Shown here: piece by piece, positions 16,338-26,355 of the stretch
Numbering within the stretch: position 1 is the first letter of the stretch
Layout of the letters: every line of letters begins with the position of its first letter
Sequence record: OM456492.1
Direction: 5' to 3' (one strand)
Length of the DNA stretch: 64,000 nt
Notes under the pieces: generated by a model
The model's database searches: none
Told to the model about the DNA's origin: nothing
Seen by the model: the letters and a program-made list of their open reading frames with translations, nothing else
Made by a program: the position numbers and the translations under genes

Positions 16338-16814
16338 CTAGTCCTCTTCCAGATAGGGTAGAAGCCAGTCCATTTTCTCCAAACGGTGAATCATGTTGCG
16401 AGTGTTTGGCGATACCTGTAAGGCATCGTGGAACTGTTTTTTGAAGTGATGCCAGTGATAAGAGAAAGGTTTAGTTGGATAGCCCGCTTCCTTGAGAACC
16501 TCTTCCCATTCCAACTTCTGGATAAGGTGTTCGTCAACCAAAACCACAACTAAAGCCTTCCAGGCACTCCGACGAAAATGCCGGGACAACCGATGTTTTA
16601 AATCGGCATAACTTTTTCTTTTACTGGACCGTATTGCTGGTGAAGTCTTACTGTGATGAAAAGAACGTCTCGTAAGATTCAGAATCTTAACAGGAGTACC
16701 CCTAAGCGAACTGTCTGCAATATTCAGTTCATGCTGAGGAACAAGCTCCACACGGCGGATGACGTTTATACGGGTTCCATCCGTATCTCGTGTTTCGTAA
16801 GCAACACGTATCAT
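16338..16814 (-). CDS. Basic hypothetical protein
   Basis: 158-aa ORF in the operon. Confidence 0.8.
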   Translation of the reverse strand: MIRVAYETRDTDGTRINVIRRVELVPQHELNIADSSLRGTPVKILNLTRRSFHHSKTSPAIRSSKRKSYADLKHRLSRHFRRSAWKALVVVLVDEHLIQKLEWEEVLKEAGYPTKPFSYHWHHFKKQFHDALQVSPNTRNMIHRLEKMDWLLPYLEED

Positions 16815-16831
16815 TATACACTCTCGCTCGT

Positions 16832-17317
16832 TTAGACGAATTGACCTTCTGCCATCGAAAGAAAAATGGGAACGCTTTCAGCGTAATGAGTTAAAAGCTT
16901 TTCCTCCGGTGGCGTATGTGACGAAATAACATTGTAGTTCGTCATACGAAAATACCGTTGGCCATCGGCAGCAATATACCATCGGTCAATCTGGAAGCCT
17001 TGTTGGTGAAAGAATCCCAGCGCAGGAATGTTAGTCGGGTGAACACGACAGCTGATGTGTTTACGATCGGAGTTCTGTTGAAGGTACTTAAGCATAAATC
17101 TGCCGACGCCACCGCGACGAGATTCTTCAGGTACAACCATATAGACCAAATGGCCAGGTTCCCATGCCATGATTCCCCGTACGATATCATCCTCAACAAA
17201 CATCGTGAGTTTAATAGGCTCCTCGCGGATACTGTTTAAGTCGCGTACCCATTCAACCAGTTCAGGATAAACATTCGCGGGAATCTTATCCTCGACCACA
17301 TTAATAACAAGCATCAC
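16832..17317 (-). CDS. GNAT acetyltransferase
   Basis: LVYMVVPEESRRGGVGRFML (motif A) and VHPTNIPALGFFHQQGF (motif B). Confidence 0.9.
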   Translation of the reverse strand: MMLVINVVEDKIPANVYPELVEWVRDLNSIREEPIKLTMFVEDDIVRGIMAWEPGHLVYMVVPEESRRGGVGRFMLKYLQQNSDRKHISCRVHPTNIPALGFFHQQGFQIDRWYIAADGQRYFRMTNYNVISSHTPPEEKLLTHYAESVPIFLSMAEGQFV

Positions 17318-17952
17318 TTCTCTCCACTAAGCAGGTATCTGGCTTCTGCCAATGACAGGGACGGTTTTAACAGAATGTGCAGCGGCAGGATTGTTGAACG
17401 GCGAAACTGTGCCGGTGTTTTTGCCAGGTATTCCAGATAGCGATTGACCGACATTTCTTGCCAATCGATAGTAGGACGAACCCAACTTATCTGTAACCAT
17501 TTCCCCAATGAGACGTCACGCTTACCGCGTGGCATAATTATACTTAACTTGTATCCGTGGTCAAACTGACGCGGCGGATGACCTGGCTCCCAAGGAACCT
17601 CGGGACCTAGCGCATCTGTGAGAAACCCTTCTTTAATTAACACATTTCTGATGGTAGCGAATATCCGTCCTCGTTGCGCGGTGATCTCTTTGACGTGTGC
17701 CATGGCATTTAGTTTACGTTTGGTAATCGCAGTAGAAAGAGCACTAACAAATTGCCCCTCGACATACGGCGCGTTCAAACAGCTACGAAACGGCACGACG
17801 TAAAACGCTTCCCACAACACTTCTTCAACTGCCGACAATAACAACGCTTCTTTCTCAGCAGCAGTAAAATCCACAGATAACATTTTAGTAAATGAGCCCA
17901 ATATAGCGCTAAACGGTAGTAGTACAGACCGTTGACGAAACTGTAATTGCAT
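17314..17952 (-). CDS. Hypothetical protein
   Basis: 212-aa ORF, SD AAGGA. Confidence 0.8.
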   Translation of the reverse strand: MQLQFRQRSVLLPFSAILGSFTKMLSVDFTAAEKEALLLSAVEEVLWEAFYVVPFRSCLNAPYVEGQFVSALSTAITKRKLNAMAHVKEITAQRGRIFATIRNVLIKEGFLTDALGPEVPWEPGHPPRQFDHGYKLSIIMPRGKRDVSLGKWLQISWVRPTIDWQEMSVNRYLEYLAKTPAQFRRSTILPLHILLKPSLSLAEARYLLSGEK

Positions 17953-18014
17953 TTTTTATATTCCTTTTGGTCTTGCTTACACAGTAATTTACATAGACGT
18001 AATAAAAAAATAAG

Positions 18015-18045
18015 AAGCCTCTTCTCCCAAAGGAGAAGAGGGCTT
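18015..18045 (-). terminator. Intrinsic terminator
   Basis: TCTTCTCC-CAAA-GGAGAAGA core stem with extension and T tract on the minus strand. Confidence 0.8.
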
Positions 18046-18047
18046 AA

Positions 18048-18620
18048 TTACACTTTAGGTGCGATAGTCTGTTGCTTCGCGTTGCTCTTGTTCAGCTTAT
18101 ACTCAACGACTTTGGCACCAATGGCCATCGAATTGTAAGCAAGCGTCTTAATCGGCCATGTGAAGAACACGGCCTGAGCAAACAAAGGTAAGAACGCCAC
18201 AATCAACACATCCGTCAATTCTTGCGGATAGTGCAGGTGTGTATCCCAGGCCATTGCTGCGGAGACCAGTACGGTGGTAAGCACCAGTAAAGCGATAAGG
18301 ACTTTCTGAGGACCTTTTAAATTCGGCCACAGGGTCAATAACGTTTCTTTGGCAAGCTTTTCATCCATACTCTCCACAGCTGCTTTCGCCTGTGATTCAA
18401 ACGTCTTCGCCATGTTCCCAACCTGTTCAAGAATCAGGGGGCGTAGTGACGTAAGAATCACGTTAGCAGGCTTAGTGACATCAATTACAACATCACTTCC
18501 CAAAGCGGTCTGAGCGGCTTTTTTTAGTCGGGCGCTCTCTTCCAGGCTTAATTTGTTGGTGCCCGCCTGGATAAGAACATCCAACACATCCGTCGAAGCT
18601 TCTTGCAAAGACTGCGACAT
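18048..18620 (-). CDS. Two-TM membrane protein
   Basis: Hydrophobic helices VLIALLVLTTVLVSAAMAW and VLIVAFLPLFAQAVFFTWPI; basic C-terminus. Confidence 0.8.
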   Translation of the reverse strand: MSQSLQEASTDVLDVLIQAGTNKLSLEESARLKKAAQTALGSDVVIDVTKPANVILTSLRPLILEQVGNMAKTFESQAKAAVESMDEKLAKETLLTLWPNLKGPQKVLIALLVLTTVLVSAAMAWDTHLHYPQELTDVLIVAFLPLFAQAVFFTWPIKTLAYNSMAIGAKVVEYKLNKSNAKQQTIAPKV

Positions 18621-18622
18621 CG

Positions 18623-19273
18623 CTATTTCCTCCGGCGTCTTCCTTTCCGCTTACCGGCCTTAGCTTTAGGAACCTTAACCTTGGGCGGAAGGAGACTATT
18701 TAGGTTTAATAAGTTGACCCTGACGAAGATATTACCCACCGCCACGGCATCGATACTGTGTTCATCCAATACCGATAAGTCGCACCTGGTATGGTTTGCG
18801 TAGAGTTTGGTCACCGCTTGCTGCATATGCGATTTATCTGTACCCTTTGCTTCCACACCAACGTACGACTTCACAATAATAGGATTAAACCCATGGAGAT
18901 ATTTTTCGGGAAACACGTCCCAAAGCGTTCGCCGCAACATCAGTTGCAACTCCACCCCAGATTCGTACGCGGAGAGCTTAGCTCTCCGCATGAACGGAGT
19001 TTCGGTAGCGACAAAAGTCGGCCTTGCCAGTTTTAAAAACTCACGAAAGCGTTCTTCTAATTCCACCAAACGCGCATCACGTTTCCCTACACACTCGCCA
19101 AAAGAGCCATTATGCGTAGGGTCCGCAACATGAGCCGTGCCCGCCCAGACAACTTCACCTTGAGGTTGGCCAAATTCCCAGTCGATAACCGCCATCCCAA
19201 GATGGGCAGTACCGGGGTCAACAGCCGCAATCCTCACCATACGGTCGGGTAACCTCGGCTCAGGAATCAGCAT
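18623..19273 (-). CDS. ruvC: RuvC-like Holliday junction resolvase
   Basis: IAAVDPGTAHLG, VATETPFM, EHSIDAVAVG catalytic acidic motifs. Confidence 0.9.
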   Translation of the reverse strand: MLIPEPRLPDRMVRIAAVDPGTAHLGMAVIDWEFGQPQGEVVWAGTAHVADPTHNGSFGECVGKRDARLVELEERFREFLKLARPTFVATETPFMRRAKLSAYESGVELQLMLRRTLWDVFPEKYLHGFNPIIVKSYVGVEAKGTDKSHMQQAVTKLYANHTRCDLSVLDEHSIDAVAVGNIFVRVNLLNLNSLLPPKVKVPKAKAGKRKGRRRRK

Positions 19274-20160
19274 CAGTTAGCTGTCCCTAAGAACCACGGT
19301 GCCGGCTGACCGATACGGATAGTCAGCGACAGACGATCGTTGGTCTGTGCCAGGTTAGTGAACAGGGAGATGTAGTAGAGCGCCTGCACACCGATGGCTT
19401 CGTTATAGCTAAACTGTGAGCCGGTGGCGGATTCACCCGTTTCTGGGGTGTCAACGCCAGAACACAGCGCAATTTCAGAAATAATCGAACTGCGTGGTGT
19501 GCCACGTAGAATAGCCGTAACGTTCATATATTCCTGAACATCAAACTCAGTCCATGGAATCACCAGGTCTGCGCCCGATTCAACATAACGTCCGTCGGGA
19601 ATCTCTACAGTGCCGTCATCGTCATAATCGTAGTCTGGGAGTTCTTTCGGTACTGGGTTCAGTTCCGCATCGGTATAAACAAAATCTTTTACGGTTTCAA
19701 CACCGTTTTCACGAGTGATGTCCAGGTCAGTGGTCTTCACTGCGCGCATGTCGATACGTTTCAGATAATACGCCCAGTAATCCCGCGCGCCGATAGTTTC
19801 ACGAGTACGGAAAGCGTACTGTTTACGTTGCTCATCAGATAAGTCATTATCCAATGTACGCAGTACCAATGGAACGCGCGAGAACATCCCTGATGTAATC
19901 GGGGATTTCGCGACAGGAACAACGTCTGCCACAACATCAGATTGATCAACGATGTGTCCGCGATTACCTACGCACATGTATCCTAAATGCGGACGTGTAG
20001 CACCATCGGGAACCTTCGCGGTCATGAGTTTATAAAACTCGTTCATCGTAGATTTCTGCGGGTACTGCACGTCAGCACCTGTCAATAACGCGGTCGTAAG
20101 TCGCATCGCGTTAAGAGTCACTGTTGACAGTTTACCATCGTAAACTTTGGTGTTAGCCAT
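19273..20160 (-). CDS. Virion structural (baseplate-associated) protein
   Basis: Core-block position next to baseplate and portal genes; YMCVGNRG and ISEIALCSG motifs typical of these tail/baseplate proteins. Confidence 0.65.
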   Translation of the reverse strand: MANTKVYDGKLSTVTLNAMRLTTALLTGADVQYPQKSTMNEFYKLMTAKVPDGATRPHLGYMCVGNRGHIVDQSDVVADVVPVAKSPITSGMFSRVPLVLRTLDNDLSDEQRKQYAFRTRETIGARDYWAYYLKRIDMRAVKTTDLDITRENGVETVKDFVYTDAELNPVPKELPDYDYDDDGTVEIPDGRYVESGADLVIPWTEFDVQEYMNVTAILRGTPRSSIISEIALCSGVDTPETGESATGSQFSYNEAIGVQALYYISLFTNLAQTNDRLSLTIRIGQPAPWFLGTAN

Positions 20161-20680
20161 TTAAAAATTCTCCTGGGCGAAACCCGTCGAGTGCCCGTTT
20201 AGTTACCAGCTGCGCCAGCTTACGGGGAGTTGGGTCAACAAAGGTAATCGCAATCGTGCCTTTGAAAGATAGATGGTGCGGGATTAAGCGCGCCTCATAC
20301 GATTCCATTTCTGGGGTAATCGGTTCAACCATGATGTCGTACGTATCGAGCTGGAGACCCAGCTCGTCAACAATGTACGGAACTAATTCATGGCTCCACT
20401 CCGCTGCACCTTTCGGGACTTCAACCGTTACGCCTTTAAGTAACTTGTTTAAATCCGCGCGAGTCAGGTAAAACTCTTGGGTGCCGTGTACCCCGTTTAC
20501 AAAGCGCGCTGCAACTTTAGACTCCACGCCTTTAGCGCGTCGCTCTGCTCGTGTCAGTGGCCACACCCCACGTGGGTTAAACTCGTAGTTATTTTCACTA
20601 TACGATAACTTAAAAACGTAATTGATTCTCTCAACCAGAATCTGTTTCGGGGTTTTTGATAAATCTATACGGTATCCCAT
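20153..20680 (-). CDS. Virion structural protein
   Basis: Position in the structural operon; paralog of 15237..15854. Confidence 0.65.
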   Translation of the reverse strand: MGYRIDLSKTPKQILVERINYVFKLSYSENNYEFNPRGVWPLTRAERRAKGVESKVAARFVNGVHGTQEFYLTRADLNKLLKGVTVEVPKGAAEWSHELVPYIVDELGLQLDTYDIMVEPITPEMESYEARLIPHHLSFKGTIAITFVDPTPRKLAQLVTKRALDGFRPGEFLNG

Positions 20681-20687
20681 AAGTCTC

Positions 20688-22871
20688 TCACTTTGGTAAT
20701 TGGTCTAGCCGGAAGCCATCCATGTCACGGTCGACCACGCGCTCGGCAAGCGTCCACTCCTCAAATGACGTCCGCACACGGATAACATCGATAGGCGGTT
20801 GTATCATATCGACCACAACATCCTGTTCGACCTTCGCACGGATACCAGGATAGACGTTCATCCGCAACTTAATACGTTGTGGGATTGCCATTTCCTTTAT
20901 CACAGGAGCGACAGGGATGGGTTTATCCGTCGTCATGAATGAACTGCGGCTCACACGCTGCACGTCTGTCAGAGGGTAAACGATATTTGTTGTATCGGCA
21001 GCCTCTGCGAGAATGTCATCCAGAATAGGAATGACGGGGTCGGTAACATCGTAAGTGTCAGAACCCATACGTGCGGCAAAATGGACAGTATAAGACGATA
21101 GCTTCGTCATTAACCGCACCATCGCGCGTTGTATTTCAGCTTGTGAGACAGACGCACGTGTTTCCAGATTAGTGGCCACGTTTAGAGCGTCGGTGGCGAT
21201 GTCCTGCCAGGTTTCCGCGGAGACTAACTCGTAATCAAAACCAAACGTTTTGAAAAACTCGTCGTAATCGCGGTAAGGTAGGTCAAGATCGCACTTATAG
21301 TCACGGTAGTGGTAGGTAAACAGCATTGTGCCGGCAGCACGGTCGGCTAGCTTGTGTCGATTATACGAGTAACGGTAACGACGACGCTTCTGCACCATGA
21401 TTTCGCTGATTTCATCGTACAATTCATCAGCAGACATCAAATTACCGATAACTTCGTGATGTGTGTCCGTGTAATAGTTAATCAACGCATTAAAACGACC
21501 AGGCCATGAGCTTGGCAGATACTGCTCCATCTCATCAAAACCAACCCAGCGTTTAATTAACACGCCGAACACATTCCACACCGGTATTTTATCCAGCGCA
21601 ATATCAGAATAACCTTTGAAGCTCGCATACAAGAACAGCGCCAGCAGCTCTTTTGAAGTGAGCTTTAGCGTGTCCCCGTTCGTTGGGTTAAGAATTTCGT
21701 GATAAATATTGTACTGACCACGTGCTACGATATGCATCCACTCGTTGAACAAGCCGTGCATAAATTCCCAACGTTCAATTGCCTCTGGGTCGATCGCTGT
21801 TACCTCAACCAACTTCGTTGGTAGGTTTGGATACTGCGTCAAACTTAAACGCCGATCAAGGTCATCCTGATAATCAGGTTCGTGAACCGGGTTATTGTAC
21901 GCCAGATTAACTTCTTTTTGGATAATGTCAGTCGTGCTGACAATGTCCAAATCGCGACCTGAATCACGCTCGGTGTAGTTAAGCGACGATTGGTAACCGA
22001 TTGGGAGCGGTGTCAAGTCTTCATCGCTGCCGGTCGTCGGGTCATGAATTTGCTGAGCGACCTTATAACCAACCGCAGGCATACCCCACCCAGTCAATAG
22101 GGTGTCAATCATCCAGGTAAAGATTTCTTCCTTACCGGAGTTACGTTCCCAGTAACGGATATTGCGATACAGTGTGAATTTCTGTTTGAGGGTTAAATAG
22201 GGCATGAACTCGTGCAATTCTTGGTGCGATGCCAAGAACTCGGTCACGTAGTAGGAATGCGTTTCCGTTGTAAACTGTAACCGTTTACGGATGTACATGA
22301 TAAGTCCTGGCCATATCGGGTACTGCTGCATGTAAAAGGCCAGTACGAAACAGTCGTTGTGAACTTTCCAGCCATCCGCCATGAAACGCACATGTGCTGC
22401 ACGAATAAAGTTCTCAATATGTGTAATTAACGACGTCTCCTGCGGTTCAACTAAAGCAGGATCGTAATACAAAATTGAGCAGTCATCGACACGTATCGCG
22501 TATGCAATATCAACGGGATTGAAGGCACCACGAATGTATACTGCATAATCCGGGTACTCGGCGATTAAGTCGTCAATATACTCCGGATTAGAACGATATA
22601 CGTTTGAGGTCTTTTTATGACGGGAGAGGTTCTGCGTCGTTAACTCTATCTGCTCTTGCGTGTCGAGTGACGTAATGTATATCGGCTTGTCGATTGCATG
22701 TCGTTTACCTGCTAAGTGTAGGTAATACCGCCACGTCTCACGGTTCTCGGAAACGAAACCGCCGTTTTTGGTTATTGCCAGGTTCATCTGTTGCGCGATG
22801 CTCTCTGATTTGACAATCAGGGATTTCGCTAACTGGATAGCCTGGTCACGAAAAATGTTAAATCTCTGCAT
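20688..22871 (-). CDS. Baseplate wedge-like virion protein (P2 gpI/T4 gp7-like)
   Basis: LYRNIRYWERNSGKEEIFTWMIDTLL resembles the gpI-type motif; ATG start at 22871 (track used TTG at 22883). Confidence 0.6.
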   Translation of the reverse strand: MQRFNIFRDQAIQLAKSLIVKSESIAQQMNLAITKNGGFVSENRETWRYYLHLAGKRHAIDKPIYITSLDTQEQIELTTQNLSRHKKTSNVYRSNPEYIDDLIAEYPDYAVYIRGAFNPVDIAYAIRVDDCSILYYDPALVEPQETSLITHIENFIRAAHVRFMADGWKVHNDCFVLAFYMQQYPIWPGLIMYIRKRLQFTTETHSYYVTEFLASHQELHEFMPYLTLKQKFTLYRNIRYWERNSGKEEIFTWMIDTLLTGWGMPAVGYKVAQQIHDPTTGSDEDLTPLPIGYQSSLNYTERDSGRDLDIVSTTDIIQKEVNLAYNNPVHEPDYQDDLDRRLSLTQYPNLPTKLVEVTAIDPEAIERWEFMHGLFNEWMHIVARGQYNIYHEILNPTNGDTLKLTSKELLALFLYASFKGYSDIALDKIPVWNVFGVLIKRWVGFDEMEQYLPSSWPGRFNALINYYTDTHHEVIGNLMSADELYDEISEIMVQKRRRYRYSYNRHKLADRAAGTMLFTYHYRDYKCDLDLPYRDYDEFFKTFGFDYELVSAETWQDIATDALNVATNLETRASVSQAEIQRAMVRLMTKLSSYTVHFAARMGSDTYDVTDPVIPILDDILAEAADTTNIVYPLTDVQRVSRSSFMTTDKPIPVAPVIKEMAIPQRIKLRMNVYPGIRAKVEQDVVVDMIQPPIDVIRVRTSFEEWTLAERVVDRDMDGFRLDQLPK

Positions 22872-22882
22872 CGGAGACCCCA

Positions 22883-25624
22883 ATGGAAGATATTAGTAAA
22901 TTAACGGGCGACCCCGCGGTAGCTGCTATACTGCGTAAGTCCACGAGCCCGTCGGCTCAGCAGCAACGCGGTAAGCGTGAAGATGGCGGCGTTACACCAA
23001 CCCGTACAGAACTCACAGGCATCGCGAGTAGCCGCATTCGCACCGTTAAAAATGCCGAACGTATCTTTGATGCGCTCCCTGAGTTAGAGGTCATTGTTAC
23101 CATCGCGACCTCCTCACTCCTGTCCACAAAAGATTTGATTAACACCACGCTGATTTACGATAACGTGGCTGATATCCCGATCGACCTGCGTCAGCAATTG
23201 TTGGAACCTGTGCGTGAGTTCCACGACCACACGCGTCAGTTGCCAAACAAACTGTATCAGTGGATTTACGATGCACTGAAATCCAAAGGCGCGAGCCCGG
23301 TGTTGTTGATTTCAGATACCGGATTCGATGAACTGTTCGGCTTAAAGCCGTCGGTTGCAACCGAATCGTTGCGCCGTAGCCAATCTGACTTCTTTGAACG
23401 TCAGTTGGGTATCCTGGGTAAGATTGGCGGTGAAAACAAACCAAAGGTTGGTGTAGAAAGTATTCTGGGTCGTGCACGTGGCGCTGATAAGCCCACCAAA
23501 CCGCAGACCATTAAACTTAACTTTGCAGCAGCCCCTAACAGCCCGTTTAAAGCAGACGGAATGCTAGCTTCTCTGGATATCGTTATCACCGACAACCCGC
23601 GTATTACCCTGTTGCCTGAGGCTTATCGCCGTGTGGCACAGGAGAATGCTCGTACCGGCCTGTTCGGTCAGTTAGAGCAGTACGCATATGAACAACCTTC
23701 TACACCGACAGGTGCATCGGGGTATAACGCTGACCAGTTCACTGACAGTGAACAAGAGAAGGCAAAACTCGGTTTAATCAACATCGGCGACCTCAACGAA
23801 GCGTACCAAAAAACGCCTGAGCAGAAGCTCTACGGCGAAGTACCAAAAATGAGTTTCTCCGATGCCAACAAAATCGAGTACACGGAACGTTTGCTGCCAG
23901 CAGAATCTACACTCCCGCTCGTTATCGGCGATGACGTACGCAACCCCATAGGCTATCTGGCTATCGTTGACGAAATGGGTAACTTCATTAACTCGCGCTC
24001 TACACTTTACGGTGACGCGAACTTCATGAACTACCTGAACAACGACGGTATGGTGGATTCAACAATCAACCGTGCGAACCTGGGGATGGGTAACACATCC
24101 CGCATCACGCCGGACATCGCTAACCGTTTAACGGCGCGTTATGGTGAGATTGCTGAAGACCAGCTAACCAAAGCATTGGGTGAGGCGTTAGGTGGCGCTG
24201 AAATTAGCATGACTGTGACAGAAACTTTTAGTCGTATCATGTTAGCACGCCATCTGGCAAAACGCCACACGCAGGTTATCTATATTCCTGCGGAAAACCT
24301 TTGCTACTTTGCCACAGACTTCGATGAAGACGGGATCGGTGTGTCTATTACCGAACGTTCGTTCGTTATCTCTACTGTCCGTATGGCGCTGCTGTTCGCT
24401 ACCATGAACTCTGCGGTGTTAAACTCTGCCCGTCACATGCAATACGACATTGAGTTAGCACCAGACGACATGAACGGTCAGAAAACAATTGACCAGCTGA
24501 AAACAGACATCATGAACTCCTATAACCGTCGTCAACCGATGTGGGGGGACATGAACGACACCTGGGCAATGACGACAAACGCAGGTATTGCGTTCAACGT
24601 TATCGGTAACGACTACTACGGTAGTACCAAAGTGTCTGTGTCGGATACCACGCCGGATTACAAATATCCGGATAAGGATTTCGACGAAGGTCTGTTACGC
24701 CGTACTTGCCATATCGCTGGTGTTGACCCTGACCTGGTAATGACCCCGGAGAACATCGAATTCGCTTCACAGATTTTCTCTAAATCGTTGCTGGTCACGC
24801 AACAAGTTGTTAAGAAGCAAGAGATTCTCTCTAAGCCACTGACACGTTATGTAGTCAATGGGATGTTGGCCTCCCCGTCGTTACAATCGGCGATGATTAA
24901 AATCATTGCAGAGTATATCAATGCTAACGGCAAAGGGATGACTACTGACCAGATTACGAAAAAGGTCTCTGAGTATCTGGCTGCCTTCATCAACGGTATG
25001 AAAGTAACCTTACCACCGCCAGACACCTCAGCAGCAGCCTCGCAGATGGAGTTGTTCGATAAACGTACTGAGTTCTTTGAGAAGCTGGCTGATCTAGTTG
25101 TAACGGATGACATTGCTGCGCAACTTCAGCAGGAAGGCATCTCGATGGACCCGAACGATCTGAAGACGATGATCAAATCCTTCTATACGCGCAACTGGCT
25201 GCGTAAACAAGGCATTGAAACTGACTTCTTCGATCTGGTTTACGACGATAAATCTCGTCAAGACAACATCACCATGATGACTGATGAAGCGATGGCTGCT
25301 TCGAAGACGCTGATTCAACTGGCGAAACGCTTTACAGGTCGTCTGGAAACGTTGGCGAAGAATGCTGACCTTGATCCTAATGATGCTTCCGGAGGTTTCG
25401 GTGGCGGTTTTGATGCGGGCGGTGACACCGGTGGCGGTGAGGGTGATCTCGGCGGTGGGGGTGACGATGATTTAGACCTCGATCTCGATACGGATAACGG
25501 AACCGACGGGGATAGTACAGGGGAAACGACTGAGTCGACCGAAACCACGGATACATCCACCGAGGGAACGGAAGGCACAGAAGACGAAGGGACTACCGAC
25601 GACAACCCAGACAACGTCCTCTAA
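22883..25624 (+). CDS. Portal protein
   Basis: 913 aa, divergent from the baseplate gene as in phiKZ-like phages; size matches the recalled ~100-kDa SPN3US portal; VATES processing site; acidic Gly-rich tail. Confidence 0.85.
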   Translation: MEDISKLTGDPAVAAILRKSTSPSAQQQRGKREDGGVTPTRTELTGIASSRIRTVKNAERIFDALPELEVIVTIATSSLLSTKDLINTTLIYDNVADIPIDLRQQLLEPVREFHDHTRQLPNKLYQWIYDALKSKGASPVLLISDTGFDELFGLKPSVATESLRRSQSDFFERQLGILGKIGGENKPKVGVESILGRARGADKPTKPQTIKLNFAAAPNSPFKADGMLASLDIVITDNPRITLLPEAYRRVAQENARTGLFGQLEQYAYEQPSTPTGASGYNADQFTDSEQEKAKLGLINIGDLNEAYQKTPEQKLYGEVPKMSFSDANKIEYTERLLPAESTLPLVIGDDVRNPIGYLAIVDEMGNFINSRSTLYGDANFMNYLNNDGMVDSTINRANLGMGNTSRITPDIANRLTARYGEIAEDQLTKALGEALGGAEISMTVTETFSRIMLARHLAKRHTQVIYIPAENLCYFATDFDEDGIGVSITERSFVISTVRMALLFATMNSAVLNSARHMQYDIELAPDDMNGQKTIDQLKTDIMNSYNRRQPMWGDMNDTWAMTTNAGIAFNVIGNDYYGSTKVSVSDTTPDYKYPDKDFDEGLLRRTCHIAGVDPDLVMTPENIEFASQIFSKSLLVTQQVVKKQEILSKPLTRYVVNGMLASPSLQSAMIKIIAEYINANGKGMTTDQITKKVSEYLAAFINGMKVTLPPPDTSAAASQMELFDKRTEFFEKLADLVVTDDIAAQLQQEGISMDPNDLKTMIKSFYTRNWLRKQGIETDFFDLVYDDKSRQDNITMMTDEAMAASKTLIQLAKRFTGRLETLAKNADLDPNDASGGFGGGFDAGGDTGGGEGDLGGGGDDDLDLDLDTDNGTDGDSTGETTESTETTDTSTEGTEGTEDEGTTDDNPDNVL

Positions 25625-25651
25625 ACAAAAAAAAGAAAAAGAAATAAGGTT

Positions 25652-25675
25652 TACCTCTCCCTTCGGGGAGAGGTA
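25652..25675. terminator. Bidirectional terminator between convergent genes
   Basis: TACCTCTCCC-TTCG-GGGAGAGGTA with an A tract before and a T tract after. Confidence 0.9.
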
Positions 25676-25686
25676 CCTTTTCTTTT

Positions 25687-25989
25687 TTAATCTTCTGTAG
25701 CAGCTTTAGGTTTATTAACCAGTTCGTCGAGCATGATACCAATCGCCAGAGGGTCGTTCTGGAAAGGTTCTAGCTTTTCCAATACCTTTGTATCCTTTGC
25801 TGCTTTTAACGCCTTCAGGAGGCCTTTACGGGCGTTATAGAAGATTTGCCAGCGACGTCCATGACTGATCGCGGTTTTGGCTTTGTGGAAGTCGGCTAAG
25901 AAAGCTTCAGTCGCTTTGTTTTCAGGTAACTCAAAGCGAAAACGCACACTACGCTCAAAATCCATGTTGACAACAATGAACTTTACCAT
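25687..25989 (-). CDS. Hypothetical protein
   Basis: 100-aa ORF, SD GAGG. Confidence 0.8.
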   Translation of the reverse strand: MVKFIVVNMDFERSVRFRFELPENKATEAFLADFHKAKTAISHGRRWQIFYNARKGLLKALKAAKDTKVLEKLEPFQNDPLAIGIMLDELVNKPKAATED

Positions 25990-26023
25990 GCTCGAACCTC
26001 ATTATAGAGCTACTCTATAATAA

Positions 26024-26290
26024 TTACGCCAGCGTAATGTGGTACTTATCAATGTCAGGGAATCGCTCTTTGATCATCCCGCAGAACATATCCAGCACCG
26101 GATCAGTTTTTGCGGCCTTCTCCATCTCAGGAAAAACACTACGCAGTGGCACGCCAGGGTTCTGCCCTGCCGTTTTCTTAAGCTCTTCTTTATACTTTGC
26201 CAACAGAGATTTAACCCCTGTTGTCTTCGGGAAGCCACACCCAGCGACCCCATCGTTTTCAAAATAGATTACTGCTTCAACACTAGACAT
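26024..26290 (-). CDS. Hypothetical protein
   Basis: ORF 26024..26308; SD GGAG favours the MSSVEA start. Confidence 0.75.
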   Translation of the reverse strand: MSSVEAVIYFENDGVAGCGFPKTTGVKSLLAKYKEELKKTAGQNPGVPLRSVFPEMEKAAKTDPVLDMFCGMIKERFPDIDKYHITLA

Positions 26291-26330
26291 TTTAATACTC
26301 CTTTTCACGATAGAATAAAAAATAATAATA

Positions 26331-26348
26331 GGAGACCCGAAGGTCTCC
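26331..26348 (-). terminator. Intrinsic terminator, cUUCGg loop
   Basis: GGAGACC-CGAA-GGTCTCC plus T-rich tail on the minus strand. Confidence 0.8.
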
Positions 26349-26355
26349 GTATTAC

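Noticed and set aside
25315-25614. Ser/Pro-rich 99-aa minus-strand ORF
   Set aside because: It is the mirror of the portal's low-complexity acidic tail.
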